64,000 bases of DNA from Eledone cirrhosa (taxonomy: Eukaryota). The DNA lies in contig OZ024742.1 in the NCBI GenBank assembly GCA_964016885.1, positions 17,112,001-17,176,000 on the forward strand. The letters are read 5' to 3'. Below the pieces are notes generated by a model that did no database searches, had not been told where the DNA came from, and saw nothing but the letters and a program-made list of their open reading frames with translations. Numbering within the stretch: position 1 is the first letter of the stretch; the number at the start of each line of letters is the position of its first letter. Made by a program: the position numbers and the translations under genes. Below, piece after piece: positions 55,209 to 64,000 of the stretch.

Positions 55209-55583
55209 GTATATGTGTGTGTATATGTATATGTGTATGCGTGCATTTATATATATGTGTATATATGTATGTGTGTGTAAGTATGCTTTTGTGTTTTTTT
55301 GTGTGTGTTTGCATGTGTAGTTTTATTTTATTTTTCCTTTCCTTCTCCCTTTTCCAGCCTCACTTTCATATAGAATGCATTTTTGTTTTTAGAATCCATA
55401 TTCAATAAACAAACCAGGATTTTTCATTCTGAGGATTGAAAGCAAAACCTTTTGCTTTTAAGAAACCACTGGTAAATGGAATAATTGCCTTATGTTGTTT
55501 ATTACATAATAATAATAATTAAGCTCTGTTGCATACATAGAGCACTCTTTTTTCCTGGACTTTTCCGATGGAATTACTTCATT

Positions 55584-55588
<5 letters not shown>
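51805..55588 (-). mobile_element. Penelope-like element (Hydra-type) with tandem 3' repeats and an inverted 5' copy of the 3' end
   Basis: RT 54232-55000 (MGSYDSADVCDLVGL, GLYRDDGL), GIY-YIG 53588-54106 (CSCRKPDECPL, VVY..YVG, CSLC); 51805-52300 inverted to 55010-55520. Confidence 0.9.
55423..55480 (+). ncRNA. Hammerhead ribozyme in the PLE terminal repeat (mirror 51845-51902; diverged copy 53118-53174)
   Basis: TTCATT-CTGAGGA-TTGAAAGCAAAA CC TTTTGCTTTTAA-GAAA-CCACTGG-TA-AATGGA. Confidence 0.8.
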
Positions 55589-55652
<64 letters not shown>

Positions 55653-56001
55653 CTTATATCGTTATTGACTGGGCATCCACTGATGAGTTTATAAGAGCCC
55701 GCTTGTGTATAAAACTATGGATTATATACAAGTTTCTACATAACCTGGAAATTATTTATCCCAAATTGTAGAAATCTTATAACGAAACCGCCGTCTGGAA
55801 GAAATGGGATATTTATTTAATAATGTCTCATATAAAATAATACAACCAATTATCTACGAAATACTGATTAGTTAGCACCACAAACACTAAATTGGGATAA
55901 TACTTTAGTATATCCTAATGTTTGTTCAGTGAGATTGTGTTGGTCGGGGTATCGCTTAAGGCTTTCTCTGTTTATGTATTGTATATATATATATATATAT
56001 A

Positions 56002-58712
56002 GTTTTAATATAGATGAGATTCTACAGGACTAGAACTGTTTCATTCTTTAGAAATCATCAGGAATCTGGGTATCAAAAAATAAAAATGGTATTTATAGGT
56101 CTCTACAAGTGGTAGGAGAGGGTGGGGAGTGGGATGGGTGTAGGTCATTGGTTGATAGAAAAGGGAATTCCTTAAAAGCTAATTCTACAAAGCTATAGTT
56201 TATTTTTTTATGTTTTTAGAGTAACAAGGGCAGACAGAATTCTATAAACAGGTTCCGGATGGCATACCATTCCTTGTCATTAAGTTTCTCTTAAGCTAAC
56301 AGATGTCTATAAGATCAGTGGGGGGTCAGTCATGGTCGATAGAATTAAAGAAAATTATTTGGTTAAAAAAAAGATGAAATCGAAAATGCAACTGGAGTCT
56401 TATTTTTTTTTAAATATATATATTTATTTGGTTCCTTTACCGGTTTCGCAGTTGAGATGGAGGGTCTGTGGTTTTTCTCACATCTGGTTGGTCTTTGAAT
56501 GTTACTTGTTTTATATGGAAAAAAAGTGGCTCGAATCGCCATGTTTTTAGAGAAGTAGTTTGATTGGTTGGTCAATAAGTATAATAAATTTCACGTTACA
56601 AAATTTCTTCAAACAAGGGGGGTGGGGGGCTCAGGTCGTTTTTCATATATGAGTGTTTGAATTTCTTTTTACTTAAAAAAAGGGGGCTCGTGAAGGCTAC
56701 TAAAGAAATGTATGACAAACAAAAGATAATGGTCAAGAGAAATGGGATGGGAGAATTGTTCTGGTTCAGGGAATATAGCAGGTTGTTTTTTCATATATGA
56801 GTGAAGTTTGGTTGGTTGATGTAGTCACGTGAATAAGTATATCAGCTTTCGCGTAAGTTTGTTTGAATTTCTTTTACTTTAAACAAAGTGGCTCACGAAG
56901 GCTTTTTTTTTAATAAATATAATTTGATTGGTTATAAATGAAATTATGACTGTCACGTGAACAAGTTCATTAAATTTCGCGCTCGTATTTGGGAATTTAT
57001 TTTGTAGCCTGTTAGAGAATTTTATGACAAGCAAAAGATAATGGTCAAGAGAAATGGGAAGGGAGAATTGTTCTGGTTTAGTGAATATGGTTGGTTCGCT
57101 GGGGTGGTAGAATTCAGATTTTCTATTGAAATAAAGAAAGTAAAGATATATATGTTTATTTGTGCGCTTGTGTGTGTGTATAGGAAGATGATTCTATTAG
57201 TAGAAATGGGGGAGGGAGTTGTGTGTGTGTGTGTGTATATGGGTGTTATGTGTGTGTGTGTGGGAGTATGTTAAGATGGAGAGAATATATATATTTTGTG
57301 TGTGTGTATATGTGTGTAGGAAAGTGATTCTATTAGTAGAAATGGCGGAGGGAGTTGTGTGTGTGGGGGGTTTATGTGTGTGTATGAGTGTTATGTGTGT
57401 GTGTGAGTATGGTTAGCATGTTAAGATGGAGAGAATATATAAATTGTGTGTGTGTGTGTGTGTGTGTGTGTAGGAAAATGATTCCGTTAGTAGGAATATT
57501 TTTGAATGAACATATTTCCCTTACTTATTCGTATTTGTTCTGTTGTATTGTCAGCGCAAACGTATGTTAAGGTTTCTTTAGTTCGGGTTTTTATTTTCTA
57601 AAGTAGAAGGTGTTATGTGTGTGTATATGTGTCTGTTTGGATGGTTAGCATGTTATGGTGTTGCCATAATGTATATTAAACCACATTTAATGCTGGTCTA
57701 TATTTTTGAATAAACATATTTTCCTTATTTATTCGTATTTGTTCTGTTGTAAAGGTAAAATGGGAAGACTTGGAAGTCTTTTTACTTGCGCATATGTCTA
57801 GATATGCGCTTAGTGGTATCTGTCTCGTGGTTGGATCTCGTAATTGTGGGCGATAAACTGTCATTCTGTTTCTGAGTATGACTTTAGTTCGTCCTATATA
57901 ATCTTCATTGCATCCTTTACATTTAATGGCATAAAGTAGATTTTTTGATGAGCAAGTCAAGTGATTTTTTACAGCAAAATGTTGTCCTGGTTGAAATGTA
58001 TACGTGTTGCCTTCAATGAGGTGAGTGCAGGTTTCACAATTAGTGTGACCACAATTTTTGATAGTTGGTTGTGGGTTTGTGGTAGGTAATTTGGCATTGG
58101 TGAGTAATGTTTTCAGTGATTTCGGTTGTCTTTTGCTTTTGATTATTTTGTGTGTTTCAAGGGCTTTTTTCATTCTTGGGTCTTGTTTCAGTAGTGGGAT
58201 GTTCTTGTGAATAGTGTTGTAAGCTTCCGCATTTCTTGGGTTGTGTGTTGAGATATATGATAGAATATTGGACGTACCTTGAATTTGTTTCTGTTTCCGT
58301 AATTCATCAATGCCTATTGCTTTAGTCCTTTCTATTCCATTATTTATTAGTAATAGTGGGTACTCTCTCTCAAGTAGAATTTCCTTTAATTCTTGAAGTC
58401 TTTTATTTCGCGTTTCATAATTGGAGACAATTGTGCAAATTCTTCTTGCTAGGTTAAAATGAATGTTCGTCTTCGTGTGCTTTGGATGGTTGGAGGTGAA
58501 TAGCAGGTATTGTTTGGAATCTGTTGGTTTGTAGTGTATGTCAGTTTCAATATTTGTGTCTTTTTTTAAGATTAAGATGTCCAGAAATGGGAGTTGATCT
58601 TGGCTGTATTCGATTGTGAATTGGATGCGGTTATTGATGCCGTTTTTAAGTTTTTGAAATCATTCAGTTGGGCGAGTGTGTGGGACCAAAGAATGAGACC
58701 ATCATCCAAGTT
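56002..58712 (-). mobile_element. 5'-truncated Penelope-like element (Neptune-type)
   Basis: LPFLDI..YKPTDSKQYL.FTSNHP thumb upstream of ORF 57676-58173 (C...NCETC, LLYAIKC..C..DYIGRT); HHR-like motif 56017-56067. Confidence 0.85.
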
Positions 58713-59038
58713 GAGTGATTGTATCCGGGAGCTTCCAACAGTAATGGTTGCATTCTTTAAGGGTATGTCAATATTTATTTATAAAACTGCTCTATATTAT
58801 ATTTTATCTGATAAAAGCACACCATAATTTAACTTGGTGTCCTTGAAATATGTATAATGAAATAAATATGGTTTTATAAATATAGTTTCCATTTGATAAT
58901 ATCGTATTTTTACTCCAATTATTTGTTGAGTGCTTTATATCAGTTACAAAAATATATATATGTATATATATTTATGTGCATATATGGGTATATATATATA
59001 TGTATATATATTTACATATATATATATGTGTATATATT

Positions 59039-59075
<37 letters not shown>

Positions 59076-59401
59076 ATAATAATAAATTTAAAGACTAAAA
59101 TCCAAAGAGGGCTCGAAAAGGATAAATATATATCAAATATATAAGAACCGTAGAGCAAATATTTATTAAAATAACAGATTAAAGTTTAAGCAAAGAATCG
59201 CTGCTTTCACCCTTAACGGGATCTTCTGAAACTAACAAAGTCAATCTGTAAACGCAGAGGTGGATATTTCAAAAAAACGTTGCAACCGGAGGAAGACAGG
59301 AAGACAATACTTTGGTTCGTCGCTTAGGCCAATCAGTCACTGAATATTTTAGAAAATATCATTTATTTTCACTAGCTCTGACAGTTGGCAGTGACCAGTT
59401 A

Positions 59402-59447
59402 GCTGTACTGATGAAGGGTGATACCCAGCAACATTAGTGTATGCAGT
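59402..59447 (+). ncRNA. Degenerate hammerhead (GAAA>GCAA)
   Basis: GCTGTA-CTGATGA-AGGGT GAT ACCCA-GCAA-CATTAGTG-TA-TGCAGT; downstream end shared with 29672-29793. Confidence 0.5.
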
Positions 59448-59542
59448 TCTGTTTACATGCCAACACAAGAGCAAGAATGAGGGGCTCATTCTACTGACGA
59501 ATCGAATATTATTATTAATATTCTAAAAACTCAGATTACATT

Positions 59543-59577
<35 letters not shown>

Positions 59578-59579
<2 letters not shown>

Positions 59580-61255
59580 TCACGGGGGTAGCCATGGGCA
59601 CAAGAATGGGCCCGAACTATGCCAACCTTTTTGTTGGCCATGTTGAGGCCCAAATCTTTGCCCAGTACACCGGCCCCACGCCCGAACTGTACGGTCGTTA
59701 CATTGACGACTGTATCGGAGCCACGACCCTCACCCGAGTACAGCTCGACTCATTTCTCTCCTTCTTCTGCTCCTTCCACCCCTCCCTCCACTTCACCACC
59801 TCTATCTCCACCACCCACGTCCACTTCTTGGACATCTCCGTCGCCTTCGACCCCTCCCACCACTCCCTCGTCACCTCTGCCTTCTTCAAACCCACCGACT
59901 CCCACTCTTACCTCGACTTCACCTCTTCCCACCCCACCCACACTAAACTCTCCATTCCCTACTCCCAACTTCTCAGGATCCGCCGCCTCTGTAGCCGAGA
60001 TGCTGACTTCGAGTCCCAGGCCCTTTCCCTAGTCAGCCATTTCATCCGCAGAGGTTACCCCCCCCCTCTCGTCCACACCGCTCTCACCCGCGCCCGTGCT
60101 ATCCCCCGCTCCACCACCCTTACCCCACGCCACCGCACACCCACCCACCGTCTCCCCTTCCCCATCACCTACCACCCCTCCACCGCACCCCTCCACCACA
60201 CCATCCGCCGCCTCTTCCGACACCTCCAGTCCGACCCCTCCACCTCCCACATCTTCCCAACCCCACCACTCCCCTCCTTCAAACGCGCACGCAATCTCCG
60301 CACCCTCCTCGTCCACAGCTCCCTACCCCCCAACCCACGCTCCGCTTCCCCCCCGGTTCCTTCCCCTGTTCTAGGCCCCGCTGCAACACCTGTCCCCACA
60401 TCACCAACACCACCACCTTCCAGGGTCCCAACGGCCACTCTCTCTCGGTCCGGCATGCCTTCCGCTGCACCTCCTCCAACCTAGTCTACGGACTTCGTTG
60501 CACGAGGTGCAGCGCGACTTATGTCGGACAGACGGGACGCCGCCTGGCGGACCGAGTCACGGAGCACCTCCGGGACATTCGTCTCGGGGGCAGTTCCCCC
60601 ATCGCCCGCCACTTTGGTGGCCCTGGACACTCCGCACGCCATCTCACAGTCTGTGGCCTACTCCAGTGCCACGGAACACCCGCCCATCGCCTTACGGTCG
60701 AACAACGTACTATCTTCATCTTACAGACCCACACTCCCCCCGGCCTGAACTCTCCACCCTTATTCCTTTAGCGTTCGACCGCCCCCCTCCCCCCACACTT
60801 ATCCCCCACTAACACCACTAACACACACCTCCTTTTCACCGCCCACCCCACACTAACAATACTAACACCTCCACTCCACCCCTCATCTGACCACCCTTCC
60901 CCAACTAACATACTAACATCCCTTCCCTCCCCTCTTCTCCTCCTCCCCCTCCTTATCACACGCACACACGCACCCACTTACACCCCCCACCCCCACGCAA
61001 CTAACATCACTAACACCCTCCAACCCCACGCACACGTACCCACACACCCTCGTGCACCACCAACTTTACACGCCCTACCCCCACTAACCCCCACTCACAC
61101 CTGCATTCCACCCCTCCCCACCTCCCGTATATTAACACCCACTAACACCTCTTCACCAAACTACACACACACCAGTACACCACACTCCCTCCATAGAACC
61201 ACACACACTCTTCTCTCCCCGCTCCACACTCACTCATCCCACTAACACCCCACTA

Positions 61256-61294
<39 letters not shown>

Positions 61295-62275
61295 CCTCAC
61301 TCCAACTCTCACACCTACCCATCCTCGCCTCCCTACCATTCCGCCGACTGCTGCTATGCCCTTCCGACCACTGTCTCAGCACCAACTGACCACAGCACTT
61401 CCACTGCTGACCACTTCCTGTTGCGCGCGCACCCCACATCTCTCCTCTTCCGACCACCGCTTCTTGGATTACCCACACGCGTTTTGACTTCTCACCAAAA
61501 TCTCCATACATCCGTGTAACTTACCACTTTTCAACCACCCTCTTACACCACCACCTATATAACTCACCCACACACACACACCCCAAAACAAATTTTTTTA
61601 TCCACACGCCACCCACACCCACAACACGCTTAAACCACACACACGTGCTTCCCACCACATATTTACACCCTCAGCCCCCTGATTCCTCTCCCCCCACCCC
61701 CCTATCCACACACGCACAGACCCTCCGACCCACAAAAACACCCCCCACACACACCTTCCTGAACATGCAACCCCGTTCTTCCCCCAACCCTCACTTTCAC
61801 ATACACACACACACACACACACGCACACCTAACCACACACACACACACACGCACACCTAACCACACACCACCTTCAGCCCTCCCCGCTCGGACACCCCGT
61901 CTCCCTCTCCCCACTCCACCCGCCACCACCTCTACTCACCCCACACCCTTCTACCACCTGTTTACCCCCCTTTTAATTTCAGTTTATTTTGATCATGCCT
62001 TTATTTTTAAATTTTCTCATTCCTTGTATTTTGATCATGCTTTATTTTTATTTATTATTTATTATATTTTTTGTCTTTATTTGTTAATTTTTCATTCACA
62101 CCGTTTCCTTTCGCTATATGTCTCTCCACCACTCCCCTACACACCTTTTGAACTCTCACCTGAAGAAGGGCTTATGCCCGAAACGTCGTCCCCCACCTAC
62201 CCCCCACTCTCCTGAGCGTGAATTTAATAAACATTTGTCGTACTGCCTCTCTGTTCTGTCCCTGTTCAATTTTTC

Positions 62276-62278
<3 letters not shown>
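59578..62278 (+). mobile_element. 5'-truncated Penelope-like element (Neptune-type), C-rich
   Basis: GVAMGTRMGPNYANLF, RYIDD, FLD, KPTDSHSYL; after a frameshift CSRPRCNTC..NLVYGLRCTRC..YVGQTGRRL to a stop near 60771; flanked by (TA)n. Confidence 0.9.
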
Positions 62279-62332
<54 letters not shown>

Positions 62333-62533
62333 AAAGAGATGAAATCGAAAATGCAACTGAAAAGCAGAACTGCGAAACCGGTAAAGGAACCAAATAAATA
62401 TATATATTTAAAAAAAAAAATAAGACTTCAGTTACATTTTCGATTTCATCTCTTTTTCTTTATACTTCCACTCGTGTAGGACACCTCGGTTATTTTTCAT
62501 TTTGTAAAAAAAACCCTCACTTTCTAATATATA

Positions 62534-62601
<68 letters not shown>

Positions 62602-62640
62602 AATGAAAAATCGGTGATGCATCTGAACTCAATTTATTGT

Positions 62641-62728
62641 GTGTTACAATTGTTTCGCAGGCCGGCAGCTCGAGACAAAATCATCGTACGGATCTGTCTG
62701 ATTCTGAACCTGCAGGTTCCTCGGACAC
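62641..62728 (-). ncRNA. Hammerhead-like motif with U4C core and long stem II
   Basis: GTGT-CCGAGGA-[~60 nt]-GAAA-CAATTG-TA-ACAC. Confidence 0.45.
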
Positions 62729-62848
62729 TTGTAATAATTTCGGATCAAATTTTCTCACTCGCTTTTATATTATATCACACTCTGCTCTGTAAGAACATAG
62801 AGTGCTCAAACGGCATACCACCTATGGAAGCATCATAGCTACCATTAG

Positions 62849-62927
<79 letters not shown>

Positions 62928-62936
62928 TATATACAC

Positions 62937-63019
<83 letters not shown>

Positions 63020-63022
63020 CAC

Positions 63023-63070
<48 letters not shown>

Positions 63071-63170
63071 AAGTATGTGTTCCTACGTGTAAAAAATACA
63101 TATAGGGATACAAGTATTATCCAACAGTATGCCAATATCGTTCTATGGTCCGTTAATAAATTAACAAGCC

Positions 63171-63201
<31 letters not shown>

Positions 63202-63223
63202 TATATATACATATATATATATG

Positions 63224-63366
<143 letters not shown>

Positions 63367-63499
63367 CCACAAAGTATCCCAACTTTATATTTTTATATAT
63401 ATATATTATTTATGTATTTTCTTATATATATATGTGTGTGTGTGTGTATGTGTGTGTATGTGTATATATATATGTGTGTGTATGTGTATATATATATAT

Positions 63500-64000
63500 G
63501 TACTTACTTTGAATAACTTTGAAATGTTTTGGCCAGTATTGGCCCAGGCCATGTCTAACTTAATAGCACCACCTGGCGAAGTCTTTCAATTCAGGATTTG
63601 GGCACCATGGCCCATTCGAGAAGAGAATTACTGTTTGCGGAGACATATCTGGGTGTGGGTGGTTTGTCCGGGATTACTTGGAGGAATTTGTCCAAAGACT
63701 TCTTGAATTTTGTGTGATCAGTTTCTGTTTTGATGTGTCCTGGTGTGATGTTGAAGAGAGCAGGGCCAATTGAGGTGAAATAATTGTGTCGTATTGTTGT
63801 TATGAGTTGCGATTTAGATTTTTCTTTGGGACGGATAGCACGGGGCCCAAGCCTTGGGTGTATTTTGAAGGTGATGCCAACATCATTTGAGCAGTGCTGA
63901 TGAAACATTTTCCACATCATGCAGATAATATAACGCTCACGGCGACGTTGGAGTGAGTAAAGTTTCAGCTTTTCTAGTCGACCCCAGTAGTCAAGTTCTG
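63500..64000 (-). mobile_element. CR1/L2-group LINE 3' end (runs off window)
   Basis: YWGRLEKLKLYSLQRRRERYII...GPALFN..P...[14 protein letters not shown]. Confidence 0.8.

Noticed and set aside
55429-55457. Stem-II-less 'minizyme' reading CTGAGGA-TT-GAAA
   Set aside because: That GAAA is part of a 12-bp stem II; the true core GAAA is at 55462-55465, giving a canonical hammerhead

Overview
Eukaryotic, AT-rich, microsatellite-saturated DNA ((TA)n, (CA)n, (TC)n, (TCTA)n) with no recognisable host gene. The repeat spectrum suggests an octopus or other cephalopod (inference, not verified). Almost all [16 protein letters not shown] ORFs are microsatellite translations. The real coding content is all transposon-derived: a near full-length CR1-type LINE (7.8-12.2 kb), a near full-length and a truncated L1/Tx1 LINE (38.6-45.6 kb), four Penelope-like elements (PLEs; RT + GIY-YIG, two Hydra-type and two Neptune-type), RTE and CR1/L2-group LINE fragments, mariner relics, Tc1-like MITEs, Helitron-like ends and about 10 copies of a tRNA-derived SINE. 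The most striking unexplained structure is a dense set of more than 20 hammerhead-ribozyme (HHR)-like motifs, found by eye. Most lie in short non-coding units inserted in (TA)n as head-to-head fold-backs. They include unusual core variants (U3-A8 compensatory pair, U4C, U4A, a core insertion, stem II up to ~90 nt), and the fold-back junctions repeatedly fall inside the ribozyme. All folds are manual and untested; coordinates of degenerate element ends are approximate.
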